From the NCBI GenBank assembly GCA_040285745.1, contig JAUFOR010000003.1, forward strand, positions 558,001 to 622,000: a DNA stretch of 64,000 bases, read 5' to 3'. The DNA is from Barthelona sp. PCE (taxonomy: Eukaryota). The position numbers and the translations under genes are program-made. This document shows, one piece after another, positions 21,564-32,344 of the stretch (its first letter is position 1; every line of letters begins with the position of its first letter). Below the pieces are notes generated by a model that was not told the DNA's origin, ran no database searches, and worked only from the letters and a program-made list of their open reading frames with translations.

Positions 21564-22490
21564 TTATTTTATATCTTCAAACAGTTGACAAAACCATGAT
21601 ACTAAATCGCCAACACTAATGACTCCTATGGGTTGTTTCTCCCTAAATATCCAGCAGTGATGCTTTTTAGTCGTGTGAAGACACACCATGACCTCTCTTA
21701 ACGAAGAGGCCTCATCCAATCTGATGAGAGGCGCATACGTAAGTGTGTCTGTTTGTCTGACAGAGGCGATCACGTCCAATACGTTCTTGTCCAGCGCATG
21801 GATGTCCAATAACAAGCCCTTGAGGTCAGAACGGCTTACATTCGTCAGATACTGACCATGGCGATCTCTTATAATCGCACAACTGACTTGCAACTTATAA
21901 AAATCACGTAGAACCTTTAAGAAACGATCATCCCAATTGCACATGTACAACTGTTTCTCGCATCCGAGCTCCGAAAGTGGTACTTCAAATAAGTCAGTTT
22001 GACCAATAAGCCCATGTAAAAAAACAAGTGTGTTAATGATATCGATTCGAGCTATGATCTTGAGAATCTGTCCATCATCATCAACCATGGCAACGGTGTT
22101 CTGATCTTTTAAAACCATTAAAACTTCTTGAATTGGTGTATCAACGCGTACAACAATCCATCTGCAGTGCTGGACATGCACGTCAACCGTATGGCTGTTC
22201 AAGAGCGAGAATATTGTCTCATTAGGGATTGTATTGTTACTCTCAATGAACTCATTGCTAAAAATATTGACAATGTAACGTGTGAGGTCGCAATAGTCGA
22301 TAAATCCACAATATTCATCGGTTTCTGAATCGTATACCGGTGCGGAGACAATAGAATTCATTGCCAACACACGAAATGCTTCAAGAGCAGTAGAGTTGGA
22401 ATCTACTGTAAACACTTTGTTGTGATTTAAATGCGTAATGTCATCAGCCCTAAGAGCAAGAAACGGAGCCCAAAAGTCAATTTCGTCCAT
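21564..22490 (-). CDS. Four-CBS-domain protein (AMPK gamma/SNF4/Sds23-like)
   Basis: EAFRVLAMNSIVSAPVYD, GFIDYCD, NVSRSDLKG, GVISVGDLV. Confidence 0.85.
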   Translation of the reverse strand: MDEIDFWAPFLALRADDITHLNHNKVFTVDSNSTALEAFRVLAMNSIVSAPVYDSETDEYCGFIDYCDLTRYIVNIFSNEFIESNNTIPNETIFSLLNSHTVDVHVQHCRWIVVRVDTPIQEVLMVLKDQNTVAMVDDDGQILKIIARIDIINTLVFLHGLIGQTDLFEVPLSELGCEKQLYMCNWDDRFLKVLRDFYKLQVSCAIIRDRHGQYLTNVSRSDLKGLLLDIHALDKNVLDVIASVRQTDTLTYAPLIRLDEASSLREVMVCLHTTKKHHCWIFREKQPIGVISVGDLVSWFCQLFEDIK

Positions 22491-22565
22491 CAGAAAAGGG
22501 AAAAAAAGTGTATTGCATTTAATTATCCTTTCCTAGCTTCGAACAGCTTAATATTTCAATTCAAA

Positions 22566-22847
22566 ATGAACGAAGATGATCTTATGTACGATTTCAACGA
22601 TGAAATGACCGACAATCAACCTCGCAACCGTCTTTCCCAGGTTGTTAAGCCTGTAGTTACGGATGAACAAGCAATCAGTCATCAGGACAGAAGTACTCTT
22701 ATGGAATCAATGCGCGCAGCACATGGAGAGGTATATGATGATGTTGATAAGGGGTGTATTCGTTTCATTCTTATTTTACTGATTGCAATCACAATATTTT
22801 CTTTTGTAATGAAGTTCTATATCAAGTATGAGGGGAGGAATGCTTAG
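22566..22847 (+). CDS. Small protein with one C-terminal TM helix
   Basis: 93-aa ATG ORF, hydrophobic FILILLIAITIFSFVM. Confidence 0.6.
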   Translation: MNEDDLMYDFNDEMTDNQPRNRLSQVVKPVVTDEQAISHQDRSTLMESMRAAHGEVYDDVDKGCIRFILILLIAITIFSFVMKFYIKYEGRNA

Positions 22848-25800
22848 CTCATTGTTTCTTCTTCATCTGTAGCGTTCTCTAAACCAGTTTCTGTACTTAT
22901 TAAATTACCAAAAGCACTTGTATATTGTTGAAAGATAGCTTCCATAGTCAGTGGGTGCTGTTGTTTGACAAAGAAGCGGTAATCCAATGTGATATCACTC
23001 TCATTAATATCGTAATTTGTAGATTCTTTGCTGTTAATAAACTTCTCCATAAATTCGTTGGGTGTCTTGACGTAGGCGTTAATTTCTTCTGAAGCAGGCA
23101 ACGCATCACGGCCAACTGAATGCATGATGTCAGTTGGGATGTAAGTATCATCATCATAACGAGGTTCAGCAGTCAGCATCATTGGTTCGATTCTTTGCTT
23201 TAAATGCCATCTAATTTGGTTTCTGATGAAACTGAAGCTGGGACGTGACATTGTGCGCTTTAACATGACAGATACATCATTGTACCGATTAAAAACAGAA
23301 CTGTAATCAACATCACCAGCCACAAACTTCATCTTTGTATTCCTCTGCTTTGGTACCAGTCCTCTGTTGTTAACAAGACGCTGTGTCTCGTTAGCGTACA
23401 TGCCTCGGTCCTCTGAAAAGCGAAGAAAATACAAAAATGCGTCATTGAACTCGGATCCAAGGTGCACGGTGCTCGGATCAATCGTTCGTCTTCTTTGTGT
23501 GTAGATGGCAACTTGGTATGCATCCCCGGTCTTGACAATGCGATGCAAATGATCAAGGGGAAGAACACTCCGTGTAATACGTGCTGCAGCCATGCTGTTT
23601 GTGTTCAGCAGTAAAATGCATTTACGACAGTTAATCATCGAGTCAACTCTCCTGAGGATCTCTCTCAGCAACCAATCCATATAGTAACATTCATCATCAC
23701 ATGACTCGTGATACTCGTTACCAAAAATGATTAGATGCTCCTTCTTCCAATCTGGGTTACTCTTAATGAACCTTGTGACGTTGCTGAGACTTGTCGCGAT
23801 TAGTTCCTCTACCTTATTAGTTATTCTTTCATCATTTAAGTCCACATTCCAGTCAAAGACAAATGATTTGCGAATGGAGGTGATGCACATGTCAATCTGG
23901 AGGAACATCCTGAAGAACACAAGAATCGATTCATTAGCAAAAATCATACCTGGAACACCATTGAAAATTCTATACACCGTTGGGTTGGTTAGCAACGCAT
24001 CTATTATTATCTTCATCTGTGCTTGGTTTGAGAAACTAACTTCAATTGGCATGCTTGGCTCTCTGATGAGGATGGGAGCGTTTAGATGATAATAATCAAT
24101 AAGAAAATGAAGGTCTCGACGAAGAATTTCCTTTTTCTTCTTCCTGAAAATGTGTTCTTGTTCCTGATGGAATTTGATACGTTTTTGCTGCTTATCAGAT
24201 ATGATGCTCGATGTCATCCCAATGTACTCGTCAAGAACCTCTGGGAAGTTCAAACACAAACGCTTATATAGATCGATTGGCTTGACGCTGTATATCTCAC
24301 TAAGGATAGTAAAGTGCGTATCCAGCAAACACGTAGGGTACTTTGTTTCATCTGTCATCTTCTTCTTCTCTTCCAATAAAACACTGTTAACGTTTCTAAT
24401 GCGATCCAGCTCACTGTCAAACTTCTGAAGTATCTCACCGTACTCATGATACTCATTGATACTTGGGAGAGGGAAACCTTCATATACAAAGCTCTCATTA
24501 ATCCGTGGTTCACTAATGTAATTCAAATTAAGAACTTCTTTTTGCATTTCGCTCTTGTGACTGAAAGAAATAGAATTCATTTCCCCATCATAAGTATGTC
24601 TGTAAGAAGTATTCTCGATGTAGTTCAGCTCATCTTGTTGAGGTTTTTGTACTGTAGAAGGCTGAAGAATCTCTAATACAACTGGGTTGGTAACTTGCTC
24701 CTGCCAATGCACAGTAAGACTATTATAAAACTGAACAATGAGGTCTGGACCTAAAATGTCAATTGATAGTGTCATTACAGCGTCCATAGAGAGAGCTCCA
24801 TAGTTAAAAAAAGCAAGAAGCTTCACAAAAATTGTATACGCTCTATTTGTTAATGTTGTCTGTACAGTCTTGATGAAAAGATGCAGAGGTGTACTCCCCT
24901 CAATAATACGCTTCTTATCCTTTTTCTTTTTAGGTTTTGAATCGCGTTTTGCTTTACGTTTCATCATCTCATCACGTCGAGTACTACTACGCTTCCTTTC
25001 TGTCTTTAACTTGTGCTTGACAAGTGAGGTAATCTTTTTCTGCAGTAACGGAACGCAATGATAGCTCTGTGGAGCAGAAGCTGTGAGATCCTTCAATCTG
25101 CTTAAACAAGATGATTGGAGACGGAATGGTGCAGGTAAAAAGCTTACAAACAATGTCAGAATGTGAATGTTGTTAGAAAACGTTTTAAAAACCCGATTAT
25201 CCAATTCAACCAAGTTTAAAGGTGAACGATCCATAGATTCCATGAGAACCGATGAAAATCGTTCGTAATTGTGCGCGTCAGTGATTTGTAGGTTGTTAAG
25301 GGCTTTGACAGCGTCATCGTAGATTACAGAGAACCCAGTAAAACTAATAATCTCATCTTGCTTGATTTCAATTATTGGGAGCCTGTCAAAGTTAGTGTTA
25401 GTGTGCTTCATATGGCTGTTCATCTTGAAGAGCATCGAACGTGCCTTCTGCTGGTCCTTTGGTGGTAAAAATTCATAAAATCCTGCAAGGAGAGTTGCAT
25501 CGTTGTCAAATAATTTGGAAACTGCCAAAACTACTTGTTCGACGCTTAAATCACCTTTTGAGAATCGTGCCATAGTGCGGACGAAAGCCGTATGCTGTCC
25601 TGTACGCATGACAAGCGAGATAAAGTTCTGAACCTTTGATTCAAAGGTGCGCATTGCCGGTGCATTACGAGAAATTTCGTAGTTTGCACGATTTCGATTT
25701 GGCTTCGCAGCCTTGCTGGCGTACCTTTTGTTAACAGTTCGGTAACTGATGGACTTGTCAAATGAAGGAACTGTCGCAGTTTTGGTACTAAGTTGATTTG

Positions 25801-25972
25801 TCTGTATATTCGATGGTGTAGTGGTAGACTCAGCTCCATGGGCCACCTCCGCGCCCGTTCCTACAGTAGAGACACTGGTTGCATTGGTAACAGTATCTGA
25901 ACTAGAACTGGCGGATTCTACCATGTTAGGATCACCATTTCCTGGTTGTTTCAGTGAATCTGATGTCAACAT
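22844..25972 (-). CDS. SIN3: Sin3 co-repressor
   Basis: Three PAH-like repeats (e.g. VSKLFDNDATLLAGFYEFLP) and HID-like SYR...KEVLNLNYISEP. Confidence 0.8.
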   Translation of the reverse strand: MLTSDSLKQPGNGDPNMVESASSSSDTVTNATSVSTVGTGAEVAHGAESTTTPSNIQTNQLSTKTATVPSFDKSISYRTVNKRYASKAAKPNRNRANYEISRNAPAMRTFESKVQNFISLVMRTGQHTAFVRTMARFSKGDLSVEQVVLAVSKLFDNDATLLAGFYEFLPPKDQQKARSMLFKMNSHMKHTNTNFDRLPIIEIKQDEIISFTGFSVIYDDAVKALNNLQITDAHNYERFSSVLMESMDRSPLNLVELDNRVFKTFSNNIHILTLFVSFLPAPFRLQSSCLSRLKDLTASAPQSYHCVPLLQKKITSLVKHKLKTERKRSSTRRDEMMKRKAKRDSKPKKKKDKKRIIEGSTPLHLFIKTVQTTLTNRAYTIFVKLLAFFNYGALSMDAVMTLSIDILGPDLIVQFYNSLTVHWQEQVTNPVVLEILQPSTVQKPQQDELNYIENTSYRHTYDGEMNSISFSHKSEMQKEVLNLNYISEPRINESFVYEGFPLPSINEYHEYGEILQKFDSELDRIRNVNSVLLEEKKKMTDETKYPTCLLDTHFTILSEIYSVKPIDLYKRLCLNFPEVLDEYIGMTSSIISDKQQKRIKFHQEQEHIFRKKKKEILRRDLHFLIDYYHLNAPILIREPSMPIEVSFSNQAQMKIIIDALLTNPTVYRIFNGVPGMIFANESILVFFRMFLQIDMCITSIRKSFVFDWNVDLNDERITNKVEELIATSLSNVTRFIKSNPDWKKEHLIIFGNEYHESCDDECYYMDWLLREILRRVDSMINCRKCILLLNTNSMAAARITRSVLPLDHLHRIVKTGDAYQVAIYTQRRRTIDPSTVHLGSEFNDAFLYFLRFSEDRGMYANETQRLVNNRGLVPKQRNTKMKFVAGDVDYSSVFNRYNDVSVMLKRTMSRPSFSFIRNQIRWHLKQRIEPMMLTAEPRYDDDTYIPTDIMHSVGRDALPASEEINAYVKTPNEFMEKFINSKESTNYDINESDITLDYRFFVKQQHPLTMEAIFQQYTSAFGNLISTETGLENATDEEETMS

Positions 25973-26451
25973 CGTTCTCTCTAAAGATTTGTATGTAGGG
26001 AAACAGGTAAGATTACGAGAAACAATAAACTTTTTCGTGTGAGGGTCTCAATTCTTTACAAGCACATTCTTCGATGACAATCGACCACTAGGAGCACAGT
26101 TTGTCACAAAGTTCTTTAGAAGTGGTATGCCGGCACTCAATTTTCTACATTCTTTCTTTAATTCGTTTTAAAGTGATGAGATCCACACATTCATGCAGTT
26201 GCGAGGTGAGATTTACGTTTTGCTTCTCAAAAATTCAAAGGAGTTCAAAGGAAAACTTTCATGAGCCTACGCTACTTATATGATTTTAAATAGTCTGAAA
26301 TGAGTGGCATGGGGGAGATATTTTCCGTAAACCTCACATTATTACTCCAACACTACATATTTCTGTAGTAGTTTTTTTTAGCCTTACCTTTTGTTTTTTT
26401 TCATTTAATCAAGTTTATAGAACCTCTATTTGAGTTTTATTGCAATTAAAG

Positions 26452-26787
26452 ATGAATAATTTAATTTCCTTGGATGATACTATGACAACAGGGGTCATTT
26501 CAGAGCTTCCTAAGCAGGGATATACTAATTTGGTTTCAGTGGATGATCTCCAAGCACAGGATGTCATCGAACTGCCGGAATTTGAGCTCCCGGATGGATC
26601 TACGCTGGATACCAAACCCTTTATTAGTAATTTCATGATACCGAGCGCTATCTATGAAAACGATGAGCCATGGACTATGGAAGACCTTAGCAACAGTCTT
26701 GACTCGCTTTTCATAAAATTAGACGAGCAAGTTGCTTCAATTGAAGATTTTGTAGAAAAACATCCTAATTTGCCGTCAATTAAGTGA
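26452..26787 (+). CDS. IFT43: Intraflagellar transport protein 43 (short form)
   Basis: DG..LDTKPFISNFMIPSAIYENDEPWTMEDL resembles the conserved IFT43 C-terminal block (ID...L...L.P...V.E.D..W..D.L). Confidence 0.65.
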   Translation: MNNLISLDDTMTTGVISELPKQGYTNLVSVDDLQAQDVIELPEFELPDGSTLDTKPFISNFMIPSAIYENDEPWTMEDLSNSLDSLFIKLDEQVASIEDFVEKHPNLPSIK

Positions 26788-27260
26788 TTATAACCTTTAA
26801 ACGCATGTATACTACTTTCGATTGTGATATGTTATTAATTGAATTTTGAAGGGGAACCGCATTTAAGTATTGGTATTGACGGTTATTGTACCGTATTTGC
26901 ACATATTTCAATTGTTTTATGGTTTTCAATCTCTTAAAAAGGATCTTTTATAAAAGCAGTGAAAATAAAATCTCGAAATTGTTTTGAGAATGAAAATAGT
27001 GATTTGATTCATAGATATTGTTATAAATATCCCAGTTCTAGTAACTAAAGCAGCGTTCAGTACCATTTCTACCTCTTAATAACATATTAAAAAAACTTTG
27101 TGGACCTTCTTTGGATTTCGATCGATAAGCCAATATATATGTGAATAATTTGCATTTTCAGATAAAAATTGTCTCAACCACCTCAAATCCATGAAGCAAC
27201 TTAAGCCAGGGTAGCTAATACTTGTTTTCTTTTTCTTTAACTATATCGCGCAACACCATA

Positions 27261-28118
27261 ATGTCTTATCTTTTACAGAATCCTGAATTTGTCGAGAAGC
27301 TCTCTGAAGCAATTCCTGTACGTACATCTGTACGTAAGTACCTTAGTGACAATGTTGAGCAGCCTATTATCAATCAGATAATTGAGGCAACCGAGTTTAT
27401 CAACGCTCATATGCAAAAACTGGGCAGTCACGCTCGTGTGCTCTTTTTGCATGAGAATGTAAGCAGAGATTCTTTAACAGGTTTCTTTGGCTTCCGTCAC
27501 GATTCAACTGGTCTTCTTGTGGTATTTGTTGGCTCGAAACTGGATGGTAAGATGGCTGATGCATACTTAGGTTACGCTAGTGAGCTCTTCATTCTTGCTG
27601 TTGAAGGATTCGGTGTCTGTACCTGCTATAACGGTGCCATGCACTCTCCTGAAGCCGTTGTTGATAGTATTAACGCGAATAACATTCCATATGACTCTGA
27701 GAAGGATTATTTCCTTTGCGTAACTAGTTTGGGATATCCCCGAGAAAGAAAGACCTTTGGTGAACGCTTAATGAGCGGTGTTGTGGGTAGCCGCAAACGT
27801 AAACCTATCGAAAATCGTCTTGTTGAATCTTTTGATGTGGAGATTCCAGAGAACATTCAAAAATTGTTGGATGCTGCAATCGCCAGTCCTTCTGCCGTGA
27901 ACAAACAACCATGGCGTGTTAAATTGTCTTCTGATTTTAAGACTTTTGGTATTTACTATGCTGAATACAGAGAATGGGGAATGCACGATGCAGCGATTTT
28001 CTTCTCTCATTTTGTTATCGCTTTGGAGCAGGCTGGTATTCCTTTTGAGGTAGATCACATCGTTGATGAGGAGCCTATTAATGGATTCTATCCAATTTAT
28101 CGAGTTACACTTCAGTAA
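27261..28118 (+). CDS. Nitroreductase family protein (TM1586-like, two-module bacterial type)
   Basis: EAIPVRTSVRKY, GYASELFILAVEGFGVCTCY, SLGYP, SRKRKPIE, ASPSAVNKQPW. Confidence 0.9.
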   Translation: MSYLLQNPEFVEKLSEAIPVRTSVRKYLSDNVEQPIINQIIEATEFINAHMQKLGSHARVLFLHENVSRDSLTGFFGFRHDSTGLLVVFVGSKLDGKMADAYLGYASELFILAVEGFGVCTCYNGAMHSPEAVVDSINANNIPYDSEKDYFLCVTSLGYPRERKTFGERLMSGVVGSRKRKPIENRLVESFDVEIPENIQKLLDAAIASPSAVNKQPWRVKLSSDFKTFGIYYAEYREWGMHDAAIFFSHFVIALEQAGIPFEVDHIVDEEPINGFYPIYRVTLQ

Positions 28119-28345
28119 GGATTAAAAAAATTCCATATTGGTCATAAACCTGCTTGTTAATAAAGTTCAATTTTGAATATTTAAAAGTAATTTTGGAAAT
28201 TAAGCAATAGGATTCTATCTGAACAAGGTATTTTTATACCGAAAATAGCTTGTCTTTCGAAAATATTTGTTTCACGTTTTTTACGTATTTTTTCATAAGC
28301 GCATCAACGTTTTACAGAGCTCAGTGACAGAAAAAGTGCAAATAC

Positions 28346-30571
28346 ATGTCCACTGTACTTTTACACAGCGTTCCACAACGCAAATCTGTTAAATCAGCAC
28401 TTTTAAGGGCTTTAAGAAGATTTGGGGAAGTGAAAGAAGTACTATGGGTTAGCAACAACGGACGAGTTGTGTTTGAATCTGAAGAAGCTGCAGTCAAAGT
28501 ATGCAGTTCACCAAAATTTCGTTTTAAGATCGATAAGAATCGTTCATGCACAATTAACGTTTCCCTAAGCAGCGGGATAACATCGTTCCTCAGTACATCA
28601 GGAGCTAAATCAGAAGTCTCATCTAAAAGTGGCCAACTATCTATCCCTCAGCCACAACAAAACACTCATACTCCCCTTCCCACTCCTCACCTCAGCGTTA
28701 TATCCCACACATCTCCATACCAAACACCTCTATTGTCATCATTTGATGATAAATCAAAGGTTTCATGCGTTCATCCATGCTCTAAGAATGGATTAATGAG
28801 ATCAATTCGCCTCCAGCGCTTCTCAAACGTATTTTACGACTTCAAGGTGCCACTTAACAGTGGTACCACTGTTATTATTGCAGAGCGGGGATCTGGGAAA
28901 TCGTATCTTGCAAAATTGCTTAGTTTGATCCAATGCTCATATCAACGTTTGTCGGAAACAGAAGGGGCTCACGACTACGACATCCCTAGGACCGAGAACC
29001 TTTGTGTAGAAAAGAAATCATCAATTGAGTTGAATTTCGATGGAAACACTCACATGGTATTTATTAGAAATAAGGAGAGTCATTTGAACTACTGTTTCTA
29101 TGTGAACAACGGGTTTTATTCAACCGATAACCAGTATCCGTTGTTATGTATTGTGGATCTAGAAGATGGACTAATTCTGCCTGTTGAATACAAACGAAAT
29201 CACAAGATTTCATTTGACGGAGGATATGGTCGGATTATACGATTTCTTATTGCAGTCCTGATGCAGAATGATGAAGCTTATGGTGCATTTTTGGAACTCA
29301 TCAATTTGTTTTATCGCAATTTTGAGGGTTTTGAACATAACATAGAAGATGAGGAAGACAGCATTCTTCGCATGTATCCCATGTTCAAGGACAGGAAAGG
29401 GAAGGCTAAGAGAGATGTAGAGCTTTTTGATGCCGAAATGACGTTTAAGAGATTAGTATTGCTCATTGTTCCGGCTTTAACATTGAAGTACGATATTTTT
29501 TGCATCAACTGTGGGTTTAGGGGCATGTCAAGTGATGAATATACCACATTTTGTGATGTGATCAACCATCTTCAACAGAGATGTTCAAAACAATTTTTGT
29601 ACATAACAAATTGTGAACAGGCGCTTCAGATTTTCCCTAAGTATGATTGCAGGCTGATGTACTGCAGCAAAAACAGGACAAAAATCGTTGATTTGGGAGT
29701 ATTGCCATATTTTGAATTTTTTGGCGAGTTCGATTTACGCGCTCTTCAGTTAGATTTTTACTTCAACGTGTTGAGATCAAGATCACTCATCATTGTTGAG
29801 ACAGAAACAGATAGATCTATGCTCTTGACACTGTTTAAAAAGTGTGATTTCTCACAATCCTTCTTCAAAAGATTTTTTTTCGTGACGCTTGATTCACTTA
29901 TTGGGGATAACATACCTGATCTGGATTGTCTCTCAATTGGTAATGTGAAGTGTCCGATATACCATTCGTTCATATCACACTTTCTTGAACGAGTAAGCGC
30001 CTTGAGTGGGTCTCAATTGAAAGCGTTTGTGTTTTGCGGCCACGGGGGCCGTATGGTGCACGAAGTTAAGCTGTTTGAAGATAAAGTGGCGAATTTGCAA
30101 CCTAACACAGCCTTTTCTTTAAAATATCTTTTTTATAATCGTTATGGGGTAGCATGTGAGGTGCTCAACCAGGATGCGATTATTGAATATTGTGTAAGTA
30201 AGTACTCTGATCGCTTCCAGACATCAGAAGAACTTTGCTCAGCTTTTGTTGAGATGAGTCCAAGGTTTTATCCTCATCTTTTGAACATATTTGTTTACAC
30301 ACAGTTACTCCGCGCTACAATGGAACGAAAAATGGTTAATACGCACGATTTGTTTCAGCAAGTATCACACAGTATTCAAGGGTTACCTATAGACAAGTGT
30401 TTAACCTTGATTCCGTTTGAAATTGGATGGGGAATCATTTCTACTGTGCTTAAAGAACGTTTTGGTGTTTATATTGATTCAGGAGAGATTCTAGCTTCAT
30501 TTACACAAAAAAATATCTCACAATGTCTTTTACAATTATTTAAAAGTCTGATACCACAGAATGAGAGATAA
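28346..30571 (+). CDS. RRM + ABC-type ATPase + TOPRIM-like fusion (OLD/GajA-like architecture, degenerate motifs)
   Basis: N-terminal RRM-like (RRFGEVKEV, GRVVFESEEAA); LQRFSN...LNSGTTVIIAERGSGKS Walker A; KRLVLL...IFCINCG; KQFLYITN; LIIVETETD. Confidence 0.65.
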   Translation: MSTVLLHSVPQRKSVKSALLRALRRFGEVKEVLWVSNNGRVVFESEEAAVKVCSSPKFRFKIDKNRSCTINVSLSSGITSFLSTSGAKSEVSSKSGQLSIPQPQQNTHTPLPTPHLSVISHTSPYQTPLLSSFDDKSKVSCVHPCSKNGLMRSIRLQRFSNVFYDFKVPLNSGTTVIIAERGSGKSYLAKLLSLIQCSYQRLSETEGAHDYDIPRTENLCVEKKSSIELNFDGNTHMVFIRNKESHLNYCFYVNNGFYSTDNQYPLLCIVDLEDGLILPVEYKRNHKISFDGGYGRIIRFLIAVLMQNDEAYGAFLELINLFYRNFEGFEHNIEDEEDSILRMYPMFKDRKGKAKRDVELFDAEMTFKRLVLLIVPALTLKYDIFCINCGFRGMSSDEYTTFCDVINHLQQRCSKQFLYITNCEQALQIFPKYDCRLMYCSKNRTKIVDLGVLPYFEFFGEFDLRALQLDFYFNVLRSRSLIIVETETDRSMLLTLFKKCDFSQSFFKRFFFVTLDSLIGDNIPDLDCLSIGNVKCPIYHSFISHFLERVSALSGSQLKAFVFCGHGGRMVHEVKLFEDKVANLQPNTAFSLKYLFYNRYGVACEVLNQDAIIEYCVSKYSDRFQTSEELCSAFVEMSPRFYPHLLNIFVYTQLLRATMERKMVNTHDLFQQVSHSIQGLPIDKCLTLIPFEIGWGIISTVLKERFGVYIDSGEILASFTQKNISQCLLQLFKSLIPQNER

Positions 30572-30641
30572 AAATGGAAGAAATAAAAATTAAAAAAACT
30601 ATTAAAAAAGGATCATCTGAAAGGAATACAAAGCATTTGTT

Positions 30642-31905
30642 TTAAGAATATTGTTCGACAGGAATCACTTCAGGAAGGGGAAGAATCTCAACGCCCAGTT
30701 CTCTTTCGACTTCATATAACGTAATCTTGTCACGATCTGTGACAAAGTTAACAGCAATAGCACGAGTACCAAAACGTCCACCACGACCAATACGATGCAG
30801 ATAAGTAGCAGCATTAGAGGGGAAATCAAAGTTAAACACGACATTGACCTCAGGAGCATCTATACCACGAGTGATTAAATCAGAGGCAACGAGGAATCGG
30901 ATCTTACCTGATCTGAAATCTTGGAAAACACGATTACGCTCGTGCTGGGTCATTTTTGAGTGTAGATGGAAAGTAGCATAATCAAGTTGAGTGAGTTTTC
31001 TGGAAAGAAGTTCAACTCTACGAACACTGTTGCAGAAAATTACACATTGAGAAAGCTGAAGTTTTGTCATGAGGAAGTGGAGACATTGCAGCTTTTGATT
31101 CTCATCAATATAACCATAGTACTGAGTGACACCCTCGAGGATGAGCTCGTTCATAAGGTTAACTTTCTTAAGATCCTGTCCACTTCTCATGAAACGGTTA
31201 ACGAATGCTCCAACGGACTCTGGATATGAAGCAGAGAACAGGGCAGTCTCGTGTTCAGGTAAGTGGGTGAAGACGTTGGCGATGTCTTCTCTGAACCCAG
31301 TTGAGACAAGCTTGTCTGCTTCGTCCAAAACAACAGCAATGAGATTATTGGTCTTGATAATCTTACGACGAAGGAATGAGACTAAGCGGCCAGGGGTTGC
31401 GACGACCATGTGTACCTTCTGCTTGAAACGTAAGATATCTTGTTGCCAATTTCCACCTCCAGTGGTACAAACAACCTCAAAACCATCAATAAATTTGCCG
31501 AGTTCTTTGGCAACGTTGGAGGTTTGGAGAGCTAGTTCACGGGTAGGAACGATAATAATAACTTGAGGATTGAAGATATCGATGTCAATACGTTCAATGT
31601 AGGGAATAAGGAATGATGCAGTTTTTCCCGTACCGTTTTTGGCACGGACAAGGACATCTTTGCCAAATAGAATGTGAGGAATTACTTCTTCTTGAATAGG
31701 TGAAGGGTTTTCGAAACCCTTTTCAACGATGCCCATAAGGAGCTCCTGTTGCAGGTTCCAGTCTTCAAACTCGATGCCTTTGGTAGCTAGTACATCCTAA
31801 ATGTGAGAAAATGTTTGTGAAAAAAAATGATGCAATTGACCCAATTGTACGTCGTTTGCCCATGAACTGTTAACAACATACGTCTGTGCGGTATACTTCA
31901 GTCAT
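30642..31905 (-). CDS. DDX6: DEAD-box helicase DDX6/Dhh1; exons 31882-31905 and 30642-31796
   Basis: Spliced product MTEVYRTD|DVLATKGIEFEDWNLQQELLMGIVEKGFENPSPIQEE; AKNGTGKT, PTRELALQ, DEAD, HRIGRGGRFG. Confidence 0.95.
31797..31881 (-). other. Spliceosomal intron, 85 nt, phase 0
   Basis: GTATGT...TTCTCACATTTAG; removal restores the conserved DDX6 N-terminus in frame. Confidence 0.9.
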
Positions 31906-32344
31906 TGCGCTTTGATATGTATGCTTTTTTGCGTGAAAAGGTAGAATAAATGCAGTGCATGTTCAAATAGGTGTTTTTATACTCCGTAGTAATTGTTTGA
32001 CCATTGTATAAAGGTTTGGGGTTATATTTCGTGCTATTTAAGTTCTTTATAGATTGTCAATATGGTTAGTGGGCCTTTTTACCAAATTCCAAATTTCTGC
32101 CATTAAAATCAACATTATGTGGTTTTTTTGGGTGAATAAGCGGATACCAGCGAAGCAACTACTTTTATTCACTTGATAATCCACATTACTTTTTTCATTG
32201 TGTATTAATAAGTATTGTAGTTTAAATGATGCGCCCAGTTTAAATATAGTGTTTATAATACGTGGAAGGTAAATACTTTAGCTTCATATGGGGTGCTTGT
32301 TTGGTTTGTCGTTTACCCATTTTTGTACCCTTTCAATGAATTAG

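Noticed and set aside
26173-26298. GTGATGA ... CTGA pair in the Sin3/IFT43 spacer as a C/D snoRNA
   Set aside because: No convincing terminal stem or recognisable rRNA antisense element; such boxes arise by chance.
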